From assembly GCA_034112085.1 (NCBI GenBank), contig JAWUWD010000107.1, positions 1,295 through 65,294 of the forward strand: a stretch of DNA of 64,000 bases, in the 5' to 3' direction. Origin of the DNA: Cyclobacteriaceae bacterium (GTDB lineage Bacteria; Bacteroidota; Bacteroidia; Cytophagales; Cyclobacteriaceae). The translations under genes were made by a program, and so were the position numbers. The notes beneath the pieces were generated by a model. The model worked only from the letters and a program-made list of their open reading frames with translations, did not search any database and was not told where the DNA came from. Of this stretch, positions 10,135-20,189 are shown piece after piece. Each line of letters opens with the position of its first letter. Position 1 is the stretch's first letter.

Positions 10135-10692
10135 ATGTCTGTCAAACAAAAAAAGGAACAAATCATTCTAGGGATTGACCCAGGAACTTCAGTAATGGGA
10201 TACGGGCTAATCGCAACTAAGGGCCAAGAGCTTACTTTGATCCAGTTTGGAGTCATTCATCTGAGTAAGTATGGCACTCATGAGCTGAAACTTAAGAAAA
10301 TTTTTGACCGTGTACTAAGCCTTATCGATGACTATCATCCTGATGAAGTTGCTCTTGAAGCACCATTTTTCGGTAAGAATGTACAATCAATGCTAAAACT
10401 TGGGCGAGCTCAAGGAGTGGCCATGGCTGCTGCCTTGTCTAGAGAAATTCCGATAACAGAATATGCCCCTAAAAAGGTGAAACAATCTGTCACTGGTAAT
10501 GGAAATGCATCGAAGGAACAGGTAGCCAGCATGCTTAAGACATTACTTAACTTCAAAGAAATACCAAAATTATTGGATGCAACAGATGCATTAGGTGTTG
10601 CAATTTGCCACCACTTCCAGCAGGGAAATGTGGTGTCTGGCAAAAAGAGTTGGAAGTCCTTTTTGAGTGATAATCCAGGAAGAGTTAAGTAA
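10135..10692 (+). CDS. ruvC: Holliday junction resolvase RuvC
   Basis: ILGIDPGTSVMGYG, EAPFFGKNVQS...LGRAQG and DALGVAICH are RuvC signatures. Confidence 0.94.
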   Translation: MSVKQKKEQIILGIDPGTSVMGYGLIATKGQELTLIQFGVIHLSKYGTHELKLKKIFDRVLSLIDDYHPDEVALEAPFFGKNVQSMLKLGRAQGVAMAAALSREIPITEYAPKKVKQSVTGNGNASKEQVASMLKTLLNFKEIPKLLDATDALGVAICHHFQQGNVVSGKKSWKSFLSDNPGRVK

Positions 10693-10707
10693 CCAGTCTG
10701 AAAGATC

Positions 10708-11103
10708 TTATTGTAATTTTGCTTTAATTTTTGACGCGACTTCAGCCAACTCTTCTTTCGAAGGACTTAGTTTGGGCCTTGTGAAATTAATATCATCCAT
10801 CGTATTGAGAGGCACTAAGTGTACGTGTGTATGGGGGACTTCAAGCCCAATCACGGCAACACCAACCCTTTTGCAAGGAATGGCTTCTTTCACAGCTTTA
10901 GACACTTTCTTTGCAAAGATATTAAGTGCGGAAAGTGTTTCATCTTCCAAATCAAAAATATAATCAACTTCCTCCTTAGGCACGACCAAAGTATGTCCAG
11001 CTACGAGAGGACTGACATCCAAAAAAGCAATAAAATTAGCATCCTCAGCAATAATATGGCCCTGTATTTCTCGGTTGATGATTTTTGTGAAAATACTACT
11101 CAT
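10708..11103 (-). CDS. HIT-family nucleotide hydrolase
   Basis: SIFTKII..E and the histidine triad HTHVHLVP. Confidence 0.9.
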   Translation of the reverse strand: MSSIFTKIINREIQGHIIAEDANFIAFLDVSPLVAGHTLVVPKEEVDYIFDLEDETLSALNIFAKKVSKAVKEAIPCKRVGVAVIGLEVPHTHVHLVPLNTMDDINFTRPKLSPSKEELAEVASKIKAKLQ

Positions 11104-11114
11104 TGTGTTAATTA

Positions 11115-11588
11115 TTAAAGTCCGATTTCCAATATCTCAAATTCAATGTTTCCTCCTGGAGTAACAATCTTTGCCTTATCCTTTGGTTTTTTACCTAGCA
11201 ATCCCTTTCCTATTGGTGAATCGACAGATATCTTACCCAGTTTCAAGTCAGCTTCCTCTTCTGCTACCAAAGTGTATGTGAATTCCATCCCATTTTTCGG
11301 GTTCTTAATTTTCACTGTAGAAAGAATGGAGACTTTAGATGTATCTATCGTTGACTCATCTATCACTCTTGCATTGCCTACAACCACTTCTAATTGAGAA
11401 ATTTTTGCTTCTAAATGACCTTGTGCATCCTTTGCAGCATCATATTCAGCATTCTCACTCAAATCACCTTTATCCCTAGCTTCTGCTATTTGTTTAGAAA
11501 TATCAGTACGACCTCTGGTCGTCAAATCGTTCAACTCAGCTTTGAGCTTGTTTAGGCCTTCCTCTGTGTAGTATGATAATTTCCCCAT
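11115..11588 (-). CDS. greA: transcription elongation factor GreA
   Basis: From the ATG at 11588 the product reads MGKLSYYTEEGLNKLKAELNDL...GDLSENAEYDAAKD...PIGKGLLGKK. The track's upstream extension contains the leader hairpin and is not coding. Confidence 0.93.
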   Translation of the reverse strand: MGKLSYYTEEGLNKLKAELNDLTTRGRTDISKQIAEARDKGDLSENAEYDAAKDAQGHLEAKISQLEVVVGNARVIDESTIDTSKVSILSTVKIKNPKNGMEFTYTLVAEEEADLKLGKISVDSPIGKGLLGKKPKDKAKIVTPGGNIEFEILEIGL

Positions 11589-11616
11589 TCTATATATGTT
11601 TAATCTTTCTAGTCTA

Positions 11617-11652
11617 TAAAAACAAAATAACGGCTTCGATATTGAAGCCGTT
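11617..11652 (-). terminator. intrinsic-terminator-like hairpin between the pentapeptide gene and greA
   Basis: The 9-bp stem AACGGCTTC (11629-11637) pairs with GAAGCCGTT (11644-11652) across a 6-nt loop. On the minus strand it is followed by ATTTTGTTTTTAT. Confidence 0.55.
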
Positions 11653-11666
11653 TTGTTACTTACTTG

Positions 11667-11674
11667 CAAAAATA
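11667..11674 (-). promoter_or_regulatory. candidate -7 box TATTTTTG upstream of the greA leader
   Basis: Plus-strand CAAAAATA is TAnnTTTG on the minus strand, 79 nt upstream of the greA ATG and just upstream of the hairpin. Confidence 0.35.
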
Positions 11675-11721
11675 ATGCATTGACCCTACTCAATGCAAGT
11701 GTTTACCATAAAATGATCTAA

Positions 11722-12564
11722 TTACTCTCCAACTAGCTCAGGAGTTTGTTCTTTGAGCTGTTTCATAATATCATCATCGAATTTAGCTAAGTAGAGTGTT
11801 TTGGCTTGTTTGAGTTGATCAATTGTGAGTCCTTTAGCCTCCCTTAGATCGGCTTTATAGAGACTAGCATTTTCAAAATCAGTACCTGTTAGATAGCTTC
11901 CTCTCATATCTGCCTCCATGAGGAAAGCATTAACAAAGCTTGTCTTAATTAAAAATGCCCCCTGCAAATTTGCCTTAATCAAATAGGCGTCTTTAAAATT
12001 AGCCCCACTGGCATAAGCCCCTTCCATATTAGCCTGATTGACATTGGAGTTTTCTAAATTAGTTTGATTCAGACGGGTGTTGGCTAAATTAGTTTCTATC
12101 AAAAAAGAATTACTCAGATCTGCAGAATTTAGATTTGAATCTTTAAGATTTACATAGTTTAGATTTGTTTTCGCCAGATAGCTATTCACTAAATTGATCT
12201 CATTAATTTCGTGACGATTTAGCCGCTTAATATTACCCACTGTCCGAAATGCTGCTTCCTCTGATTCCCACAATCTAAAATCATCGATTTCATCTTTATA
12301 CGTTCTGATTCTCTGACGTTTCTCACCATTCTTGTTGAGCCAAAATATCAGAATACCGATAACGGCAATATCGAAAAGCATACCATGTGCTTCAGCTAAA
12401 ATTTGGCCTACAAACCCGTGGAAGTTTTCAAGATAATAAGGCAAGCTCAATCCTAAAACGACAACAGCTAGCATTGCCAACACAATAGAGGATGTCAATA
12501 TGGGACGTTCTATTATGTAGTCAAATCGAACTTTTAATTTAGCAATCCGTTCTTTGAACTTCAT
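11722..12564 (-). CDS. membrane-anchored pentapeptide-repeat protein
   Basis: Two N-terminal TM helices, then about 30 tandem A(D/N)LxX pentapeptides (NLKDSNLNSADLSNSFLIETNLANTRLNQTNLENSNVNQANMEGA...). Confidence 0.82.
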   Translation of the reverse strand: MKFKERIAKLKVRFDYIIERPILTSSIVLAMLAVVVLGLSLPYYLENFHGFVGQILAEAHGMLFDIAVIGILIFWLNKNGEKRQRIRTYKDEIDDFRLWESEEAAFRTVGNIKRLNRHEINEINLVNSYLAKTNLNYVNLKDSNLNSADLSNSFLIETNLANTRLNQTNLENSNVNQANMEGAYASGANFKDAYLIKANLQGAFLIKTSFVNAFLMEADMRGSYLTGTDFENASLYKADLREAKGLTIDQLKQAKTLYLAKFDDDIMKQLKEQTPELVGE

Positions 12565-12650
12565 TAATGGTAAGTAAGGTTAATCTAATAATAGGCAAAG
12601 TTGGTACAAAAGAAAAGCATGTTCGGTGTTTTCACTTACCAAATCTTACA

Positions 12651-13598
12651 TCAGGTATTAATCAGTTGATATAGCTTATTAATCAGCACCTGATTTATTT
12701 TGAAATAAGACTCATGAGACCACCCACCAATATGTGGTGTCAATATCACATTGCTTGATGAGGACAGGAAGTCGAAACACTCTTGCTGTTCTTTGTTTAA
12801 TGTATTAAGCTTTTCATTTTGCAACACATCAAGTGCCGCAGCTTTTACTTCATTGCATTTTATAGCATTCACTAAAGAGGGTAGAACAACTATTTCTCCT
12901 CTAGATAGATTAAGAAAGTATATTGGCTTTTTAAACTTATTGAAAAAATCATCATCAACCCAACCATACGTTTCATCAATCAGCGGCACATGTAAGCTCA
13001 ATATATCTGCGGAATTGAAAATTGTTTGTAAACTAACTGCCTGACAATATTGATCCTGATAATCAATGAGGTATTTATCATATGCCAACACGGTGCAACC
13101 AAAAGAAGAAAGTCTTTGCGCAACTGCTTTACCCATATTACCATACCCAATAATCCCCACGATCTTCCCAGATAACTCTACGCCTCTATTCCCTTCTCTA
13201 TCCCACTTTCCTCTAGTCACTTCTAAATGGGACTTGACCACATTATGCATTAGCGATAGTAACATTGCTATAGTTTGTTCACCTACAGCATCTTTATTAC
13301 CTTCTGGCGCATTGATTATTTGAATCCCTTTATCTGCTAGATATACTTCGTCTAAATTATCAATACCAGCTCCTGCTCTCCCGACAATCTTCAATTTAGA
13401 TGCTTTGGCAAGCAGTGAACGGTCTACCTTAGTTTTACTTCTAATGAATAGAATTTCAAAATCGACTATTTGCTCAATGATTTCTTCACGAGAAATATCT
13501 GGCTTATAAACCGGGATAACATTGATTTCCTTGAGTAGACCGACTACACTTTCATGCATTTCATCTACTATTAAACACTTTAGATTCTTAGACATCAC
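12651..13598 (-). CDS. D-isomer-specific 2-hydroxyacid dehydrogenase (short phosphoglycerate dehydrogenase-like)
   Basis: NAD-binding motif GIIGYGNMGKAVAQRL and the catalytic-region pattern LSRGEIV...LTPHIGG. Confidence 0.82.
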   Translation of the reverse strand: MMSKNLKCLIVDEMHESVVGLLKEINVIPVYKPDISREEIIEQIVDFEILFIRSKTKVDRSLLAKASKLKIVGRAGAGIDNLDEVYLADKGIQIINAPEGNKDAVGEQTIAMLLSLMHNVVKSHLEVTRGKWDREGNRGVELSGKIVGIIGYGNMGKAVAQRLSSFGCTVLAYDKYLIDYQDQYCQAVSLQTIFNSADILSLHVPLIDETYGWVDDDFFNKFKKPIYFLNLSRGEIVVLPSLVNAIKCNEVKAAALDVLQNEKLNTLNKEQQECFDFLSSSSNVILTPHIGGWSHESYFKINQVLINKLYQLINT

Positions 13599-14953
13599 AT
13601 CAAAAAATGTACGATCATGAAGTAAATTGCCAAACCCAAAATATCATTGGTGGTGGTGATAAATGGACCAGAAGCTAATGCTGGATTGATCCCGAATCTA
13701 TCAAGTACTATTGGTGTGATAGTCCCCATAAAGGACGCTACCAATACGACACAGAACAATGCCGAGGCAACTATCATTCCTAACTTCAAGTCATCTATTG
13801 AAAAGTACATTGCTAACATCACCAAACCTGCTAGCACAATTCCATTGAGTAAGGCTACCAATAATACCTTTATAAGTCTTTTGAATATACTATCTTCAAA
13901 AGCTGAAGGGTTTGCCAAAGTTTGAACCACAATCGAAGATGATTGAATGCCTACATTGCCACCCGTGGCCATTATCAAAGGTACGAAAAAGGCTATTGCT
14001 AATGACTTACTCAGATCTGCTTGGAATGAATCCATAAGTAAGCTACTTACTAATCCACCGAAAACACCTACAATCAACCATGGCAATCGTGCTCTGGTCA
14101 ACATCCAAATACTGTCATCTTCCTCTACATCTTGTGAGATCCCTGACATCAACTGACGTTCCTCTTCTGCAGTATCAGTGATTACATCCACGATATCATC
14201 AATGGTGATTCTACCCAATAGTTTTCCATGCACATTCACAACGGGCACAGCATCAAGATCATACTTCTGCATGATGTTAGCCACTTCCTCTTGCTCAACA
14301 AATGTCTCAACAGAAATCACATCTTCCTCAAATATATCGGAGATCTTGGTATGGTCTTCTGCTAAGATTATCCGTTTTAAAGAGACTCTCCCAAGCAGCT
14401 TGTCTGATTCATCTACGACATACATGGAATACAGCTTCTCTACATTCTCAGCTTGTCTTCTTATCTCCTCTATGCATTGGACTACTGTCCAATTGAGATT
14501 GGCTTTGATGAGCTCCTTAGCCATCAGTCCGCCTGCTACATCATCTTCATAGCGAAGCAAATCAAGGATGTAAATTTCTTTTTCTTTGTTCTCTATATAA
14601 GAAATCACCTCTTCTCTAAGCTGCAAAGGAAGCTCGTTAAGAATATCCACGCCATCATCTGAGTCAAGATTGTCTATAAATCCTGCGATCTCACTTGCTG
14701 CAAAAGACTTTAGAAATTTCTCTCTGATGTCTTCATCTAGGTCTTTGATTATCTCCGCTCCTACTTCTTTATCGAGAAGGTCGACCACGTATTTTGATTC
14801 TTCTGTATCAAACTCATTTAATAAGGCTGAAATATCAGCAGGCATGACACCGTCCAAGGATTCTACTATAAATGCAGTATCCTTTCCTTCCAAAGCAGCT
14901 TCGAAACGCTCTAGATATTCTTTAGATAGCTCAAATTGTGTTACTTGCTCCAC
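13595..14953 (-). CDS. mgtE: magnesium transporter MgtE
   Basis: N-terminal MgtE_N region, tandem CBS domains and a C-terminal 5-TM domain ([19 protein letters not shown]). It overlaps its neighbours by 4 nt and 13 nt. Confidence 0.93.
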   Translation of the reverse strand: MEQVTQFELSKEYLERFEAALEGKDTAFIVESLDGVMPADISALLNEFDTEESKYVVDLLDKEVGAEIIKDLDEDIREKFLKSFAASEIAGFIDNLDSDDGVDILNELPLQLREEVISYIENKEKEIYILDLLRYEDDVAGGLMAKELIKANLNWTVVQCIEEIRRQAENVEKLYSMYVVDESDKLLGRVSLKRIILAEDHTKISDIFEEDVISVETFVEQEEVANIMQKYDLDAVPVVNVHGKLLGRITIDDIVDVITDTAEEERQLMSGISQDVEEDDSIWMLTRARLPWLIVGVFGGLVSSLLMDSFQADLSKSLAIAFFVPLIMATGGNVGIQSSSIVVQTLANPSAFEDSIFKRLIKVLLVALLNGIVLAGLVMLAMYFSIDDLKLGMIVASALFCVVLVASFMGTITPIVLDRFGINPALASGPFITTTNDILGLAIYFMIVHFLM

Positions 14954-15726
14954 TTGGTGATATCTTGAGATAGTCCAACAAAATCATTTACGGATAGCTG
15001 TTCTGCTCGCTTATTAAGTAGCTCCATTTCTTGAACCTCTTCTGGCAAATTTAATGGCTTGAGTGAATTACGCAATGTTTTCCTTCGGTTTTGAAATCCC
15101 TGCTTCACAACTCTTCTGAATAATTTTTCATCACAGTCTAAGCTGGCAACGTCATTCCTCTTTAGTCGTATAACCCCCGATCTAACTTTTGGTGGTGGAT
15201 TGAATTTTTCTGGCTCAACGGTGAACAAATACTCAATCTTGTAATATGCCTGAAGTAATACACTCAAAATTCCGTAGCTCTTATTGCCTGGTGGAGATGC
15301 CAATCGTTCTGCTACTTCTTTTTGAAGCATGCAGACTATCTCAGGTACTTTAGCTCTGTCATCTAGAACTTTGAAAAATATCTGAGAAGATATATTGTAT
15401 GGGAAATTACCAATTATTGCATAGTTCTCACCTAATCGCTCCTCCAGATTCATCTTCAAGAAATCACCAGAAATAATTTTACCTTCGAGTTGCGGAAAAG
15501 TTTTATTCAAATAAGTAATTGACTCAGTGTCAATATCTATAACATTAGTCTCATACTGCTTATTATCAAGTAAGTATTTAGTGAGAACACCCATTCCAGG
15601 ACCAATCTCCAACACTTTATCATAATTACGGTGTGAGGTGAGCCCCTTCACAATATCCATCGCAATAGACTCATCATTGAGAAAGTGTTGTCCTAAATGT
15701 TTCTTAGCTCTTACTTGTCTAGCCAT
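14941..15726 (-). CDS. rsmA: 16S rRNA (adenine1518/1519-N6)-dimethyltransferase
   Basis: [19 protein letters not shown] and GNFPYNISS are KsgA/RsmA signatures. Confidence 0.95.
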   Translation of the reverse strand: MARQVRAKKHLGQHFLNDESIAMDIVKGLTSHRNYDKVLEIGPGMGVLTKYLLDNKQYETNVIDIDTESITYLNKTFPQLEGKIISGDFLKMNLEERLGENYAIIGNFPYNISSQIFFKVLDDRAKVPEIVCMLQKEVAERLASPPGNKSYGILSVLLQAYYKIEYLFTVEPEKFNPPPKVRSGVIRLKRNDVASLDCDEKLFRRVVKQGFQNRRKTLRNSLKPLNLPEEVQEMELLNKRAEQLSVNDFVGLSQDITKWSK

Positions 15727-15909
15727 ATTGTTTGACTTTTTTATCGATTGGTAAATATATAACGTACGCTTGATATATTCTCAGAACTGAAAAATTAAGT
15801 CTAAACTAATGAAGATCATTCATCAATTATCATCGATTGTAATTGACTCATAATATGTTGGAACAGGAAAAGCGAATCAGTACCTTTCGCACCACTAAGT
15901 AGTAAATAA

Positions 15910-16938
15910 ATGAGCAAAGAATATAGAAAACCAATCATCGGAATCACTATAGGAGACATCAACGGTATAGGTCCAGAAGTAATTATTAAGGCACTAGAAA
16001 ACCCTAATATAAATAATCACATTACCCCTGTGATCTATGGTTCTACTAAGACTTTGTCATATTATAAAAAAGCGCTTGAACTAGAAAGCTTCAATTACTC
16101 CCAAGTAAGAGAACAGGAAAGTTTTAATCAGAAAAAAATCAATGTTATCAACTGTTGGGAGGAAACCATTGAAATCACCCCTGGCATCTCTACTAAAGAG
16201 GCTGGAAATGCTGCCTTCAAATCGATAGAAGCTGCTACCAAAGACCTTAAAGATGGCAAGATAGATGCCGTGGTGACTGCTCCAATCAACAAACATAATA
16301 TTCAAAGTGAAGAATTCAAATTCGCTGGTCATACAGAGTACTTCACAGAAGTATTAGAGGCAAAAGATAGCTTAATGCTACTGTGTAGTGAAGATATCAG
16401 AGTAGCTGTAGTCACCGGTCACATTCCTATCAAAGATGTCAGCGCAGCAATCACCAAAGAGCGAGTAGAGAACAAACTGAAAATTCTAATTACTACTTTG
16501 AAGAAGGATTTTGGGATCACAAAGCCTAAAGTGGCGATATTAGGACTCAACCCTCACGCAGGTGAAGAGGGATTGTTGGGCGATGAGGATAAAGATATTA
16601 TACTCCCGGTAATTGAGAAATTTAGAGATAAAGGTGATCTATGTTTTGGGCCATTTCCAGCTGATGGTTTTTTTGGCACCGGTACTTATCAAAAATATGA
16701 TGCAGTGCTGGCGATGTATCACGATCAGGGGCTCATCCCATTCAAAACAATCGCTTTCGAATCTGGTGTAAATTTCACCGCTGGCCTCTCAGCCGTGAGA
16801 ACTTCTCCGGATCATGGAACGGCTTACGACATCGCTGGACAAAATAAAGCCAGTGAACAATCTATGCGTCAAGCCATATATACGGCACTGGATATTGTGA
16901 AAAACAGAAACGAAATCGCTGAATACACCAGAGACTAG
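15910..16938 (+). CDS. pdxA: 4-hydroxythreonine-4-phosphate dehydrogenase
   Basis: GDINGIGPEV, FAGHTEY, LNPHAGE, MYHDQGLIPFK and RTSPDHGTA are PdxA signatures. Confidence 0.95.
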   Translation: MSKEYRKPIIGITIGDINGIGPEVIIKALENPNINNHITPVIYGSTKTLSYYKKALELESFNYSQVREQESFNQKKINVINCWEETIEITPGISTKEAGNAAFKSIEAATKDLKDGKIDAVVTAPINKHNIQSEEFKFAGHTEYFTEVLEAKDSLMLLCSEDIRVAVVTGHIPIKDVSAAITKERVENKLKILITTLKKDFGITKPKVAILGLNPHAGEEGLLGDEDKDIILPVIEKFRDKGDLCFGPFPADGFFGTGTYQKYDAVLAMYHDQGLIPFKTIAFESGVNFTAGLSAVRTSPDHGTAYDIAGQNKASEQSMRQAIYTALDIVKNRNEIAEYTRD

Positions 16939-16992
16939 TTTAATTATTCACGAATCTTTCACAATCATTTTTATTTATTGAAATTATATTCC

Positions 16993-17000
16993 TAAATTTG
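16993..17000 (+). promoter_or_regulatory. candidate -7 box TAAATTTG for yceD-rpmF
   Basis: Matches TAnnTTTG, 25 nt upstream of the GTG start at 17026. Confidence 0.4.
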
Positions 17001-17025
17001 CGATCTTGAATTAAGGAGTGCCGCT

Positions 17026-17568
17026 GTGAATAGACTGAATGCTTATAACATTGACATCTTCAAACTTAGTAATGCTACGCATGATTATGTTTTTGAAGTG
17101 GATTCTTCGTTTTTCGAAGAATTTGAAGAAAGTCTAGCCTCAGATGGTAGAGCGAACGTCATCGTTAAGCTTCGAAAGAGCGAAACGATGATTGAGACTA
17201 ATATCCAAGTAAAGGGGTCAGTCAAAGTGACTTGTGATCGTAGTTTGGAAGATTATGATCATCATCTTGATACTAATGATGATATCATATTCAAATATGG
17301 TGATGAATGGAAGGAATTAAGTGATGAGATCGTCACTATTCCTAATGGGGAGCAGCGCATCAATCTTGCGCAGTACATTTACGAGTTCATTGGGCTAGCT
17401 ATTCCAATGAAGAGACTTCATCCTAGGTTTGAGCAAGATGAAGTTGAAGATGACGAGACCAATGAAATGATTTATTCGTCTTATGATGAGAACGAAGAAG
17501 ATATTGATAGTTCAACTACAGAGGAAGTAGATCCTCGTTGGGCAAAATTGAAAGAAATAAAAAAATAA
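17026..17568 (+). CDS. yceD: YceD/DUF177 family protein
   Basis: Conserved position immediately upstream of rpmF. It has the VTCDRSLEDY motif, an acidic C-terminus and a GTG start. Confidence 0.8.
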   Translation: MNRLNAYNIDIFKLSNATHDYVFEVDSSFFEEFEESLASDGRANVIVKLRKSETMIETNIQVKGSVKVTCDRSLEDYDHHLDTNDDIIFKYGDEWKELSDEIVTIPNGEQRINLAQYIYEFIGLAIPMKRLHPRFEQDEVEDDETNEMIYSSYDENEEDIDSSTTEEVDPRWAKLKEIKK

Positions 17569-17595
17569 CGAATACAATAATTAAAGAAGATAGCA

Positions 17596-17787
17596 ATGGC
17601 GCATCCTAAAAGAAAAATATCGAAGCAGAGAAGAGACAAAAGAAGAACTCACTATAAAGCTACTGCTAAGCAATTGGTTGTATGTCCTACAACAGGTGAA
17701 TTCCACATGCCTCATAGAGCATTCTGGCACGAAGGAAAACTTTACTACAAAGGAAATGTGGTAATGGAGAAAGAGGTATTGGCTTAA
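17596..17787 (+). CDS. rpmF: 50S ribosomal protein L32
   Basis: [19 protein letters not shown] is the classic L32 N-terminus. Confidence 0.95.
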   Translation: MAHPKRKISKQRRDKRRTHYKATAKQLVVCPTTGEFHMPHRAFWHEGKLYYKGNVVMEKEVLA

Positions 17788-17818
17788 TCGTCAATCATTC
17801 TCAATCTGGATTAATACT

Positions 17819-17842
17819 AGGGGCTTTAGCCCCTTTCTTTGT
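17819..17842 (+). terminator. rho-independent terminator after rpmF
   Basis: AGGGGC-TTTA-GCCCCT hairpin followed by TTCTTTGTT. Confidence 0.6.
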
Positions 17843-17935
17843 TATATGGCAATTTTATCAGAAAACTGTACTATTATTGAGTCAAATCACCCCACTAAAA
17901 AAATGTATTTCAGTTTTTGATCTGACAAAAACCTG

Positions 17936-17943
17936 TAACTTTG
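17936..17943 (+). promoter_or_regulatory. candidate -7 box TAACTTTG for fabH
   Basis: Matches TAnnTTTG, 65 nt upstream of the ATG at 18008. Confidence 0.35.
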
Positions 17944-18007
17944 GCGATTAACTTTTGATGGTCATCTGTTACATGTTATTGATAATTTGATCGGAAATAA
18001 ACATTCT

Positions 18008-19006
18008 ATGAGCAATATAAAGGCAGCAATCACAGGCGTACAAGGTTATGTCCCTGAATACAGGCTTACCAATGCAGAACTCGAAACAATGGTGGAAACC
18101 AATGACGAGTGGATCACTTCAAGAACTGGAATCAAAGAACGTAGAATTCTTAAAGGAGAAAATCAAGGGACATCTGTCATGGCAATAGCCGCTGTAAAAG
18201 GTCTATTAGAAAAAACCAATACTGATCCTGCAGATATAGATCTAATAATTTGTGCTACAGTAACACCAGACTTAGTATTTCCTGCGACTTCAAACATTGT
18301 GGCCTCAGAAGTAGGTGCTGTGAATGCATTTAGTTACGACTTAGGTGCTGCATGTTCTGGTTTTATTTACGCACTGAGCACTGGATCTCAATTTATAGAG
18401 ACTGGGAAATATAAAAAGGTGATTATCATAGGAGCAGATAAGATGTCTTCTATTGTCAATTATCAGGATAGAGCAACATGTATCATTTTTGGTGATGGTG
18501 CAGGTGCAGTAATGTTGGAACCATCTGAAGATGAGGACGGTATTATTGACTTTATGCATAAAAGTGACGGGACTGGTGAGCAATATCTTAAGCAACAAGC
18601 TGGAGGTAGTCGCTTACCTGCATCGCACGAAACAGTTGATCAACGACTGCATTATGCCCAACAAGAGGGTTCTTCAGTATTCAAGTTTGCAGTAACTAAT
18701 ATGGCTGATTACGCAGGTAAAATCATGGAGCGTAATAACTTAACAGGTGATGATGTAGCATATTTACTAGCCCACCAAGCCAATAAGCGGATCATTGATG
18801 CTACAGCAAGAAGGATGGAAATTGGAGATGAGAAAGTATTGATGAATATTGAGAGATATGGAAATACTACCTCCGGAACTATTCCATTATTGATGTGGGA
18901 CTTTGAATCGAAACTCAAAAAAGGTGACAATCTCATAATTGCAGCATTTGGTGGAGGGTTCACATGGGGATCTGTCTACATCAAATGGGCATATGACACT
19001 AAATAA
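18008..19006 (+). CDS. fabH: 3-oxoacyl-ACP synthase III
   Basis: MSNIKAAITG..., the active-site AACSGF, HQAN and GNTTSGTIP. The start is taken at the ATG at 18008 rather than the TTG at 17987. Confidence 0.93.
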   Translation: MSNIKAAITGVQGYVPEYRLTNAELETMVETNDEWITSRTGIKERRILKGENQGTSVMAIAAVKGLLEKTNTDPADIDLIICATVTPDLVFPATSNIVASEVGAVNAFSYDLGAACSGFIYALSTGSQFIETGKYKKVIIIGADKMSSIVNYQDRATCIIFGDGAGAVMLEPSEDEDGIIDFMHKSDGTGEQYLKQQAGGSRLPASHETVDQRLHYAQQEGSSVFKFAVTNMADYAGKIMERNNLTGDDVAYLLAHQANKRIIDATARRMEIGDEKVLMNIERYGNTTSGTIPLLMWDFESKLKKGDNLIIAAFGGGFTWGSVYIKWAYDTK

Positions 19007-19054
19007 TAATATAGACAGTTTTTAGACATTTATATATCAAGGAATAAATAACTT

Positions 19055-19618
19055 ATGGCATCTACAGCAGATTTTAAAAATGGACTTTGTATGGAATACA
19101 ACCACGGTCTATACACCATTGTAGAGTTTCAACATGTCAAGCCCGGGAAAGGTCCTGCGTTCGTAAGGACAAAACTTAAAAACATAACTACCGGAAAAGT
19201 AATTGAAAATACATTTACTTCGGGAGTGAAAGTTACTACTGCCAGAATTGAAAGAAGGCCTCATCAATTTCTTTACAGGGATGATATGGGCTATCACTTT
19301 ATGAATACGGAGGACTTCGAGCAATTTCCTTTAGAAGAAAAGTTGATCACTGGATACCAGTTTCTTAAAGATGGACAAAATGTTGAGATTCTTTTTCACG
19401 CAGAAACTGAAACAGCACTTTCATGCGAGCTTCCTCCATTTGTAGAACTCCTAGTGACGTACACTGAGCCTGGTATTAAGGGAGATACAGCTACAAATGC
19501 TACTAAACCTGCAACACTAGATACTGGGGCAATCATTCAAGTGCCCTTATTTATAGATCAAGACCAAAAAATAAAAGTAGATACGCGCGATGGTTCTTAT
19601 TCTGAGCGTGTAAAATAG
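19055..19618 (+). CDS. efp: elongation factor P
   Basis: The loop [16 protein letters not shown] and the EF-P OB domains. Confidence 0.96.
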   Translation: MASTADFKNGLCMEYNHGLYTIVEFQHVKPGKGPAFVRTKLKNITTGKVIENTFTSGVKVTTARIERRPHQFLYRDDMGYHFMNTEDFEQFPLEEKLITGYQFLKDGQNVEILFHAETETALSCELPPFVELLVTYTEPGIKGDTATNATKPATLDTGAIIQVPLFIDQDQKIKVDTRDGSYSERVK

Positions 19619-19652
19619 ACATAACTTTAATCAAAAAACCAACCAATCGGCT

Positions 19653-20123
19653 ATGAAGAGTAAAGAGATAAGAGATTTAATAGACTTTATATCAAGCACA
19701 GGTCTCAATGAAGTAAATATTGAGACTGAAGAACTGAAGTTATCTGTTGTAAGAGATGCTAAAGTAAAAACACAAAGTGCTCCTGTACAAATGCAGGCGT
19801 CAGTTGCTCAAGCGGCTCCGGTAGCTACCCCTGTTGCAATTGCAGCAAGTGCAACCCCTCCTGCAGCAGATGATTCTAGTAATTACTTAGAAGTGAAGTC
19901 ACCAATGATTGGTACATTCTACAGATCAACTAATCCTGAATCGCCAGCGTTTGCCTCTGTAGGAGATAAAATTGAAGTGGGACAGACTGTCTGTATTGTA
20001 GAGGCAATGAAGCTTTTCAATGAAATAGAGTCTGAAGTATCTGGAACTATTGTAAAAGTAATGGTAGAAAATGCGTCACCTGTAGAATACGATCAGGTGT
20101 TGTTCTTAGTTGATCCATCCTAA
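19653..20123 (+). CDS. accB: acetyl-CoA carboxylase biotin carboxyl carrier protein
   Basis: Ala/Pro-rich linker and the biotinylation motif CIVEAMKLFNEIE. Confidence 0.93.
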   Translation: MKSKEIRDLIDFISSTGLNEVNIETEELKLSVVRDAKVKTQSAPVQMQASVAQAAPVATPVAIAASATPPAADDSSNYLEVKSPMIGTFYRSTNPESPAFASVGDKIEVGQTVCIVEAMKLFNEIESEVSGTIVKVMVENASPVEYDQVLFLVDPS

Positions 20124-20189
20124 GCAAACATGGCGCAGTAATGTTTGCTGTATGCTAACACATTTTTAATCCAAAAAATTTAACAAATC

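Noticed and set aside
17788-18007. Absence of plsX between rpmF and fabH as a possible deletion.
   Set aside because: The gap holds a clean terminator and a promoter box, with no plsX-like remnants in any frame that I could see. Gene order in this cluster varies among phyla, so this is probably native.
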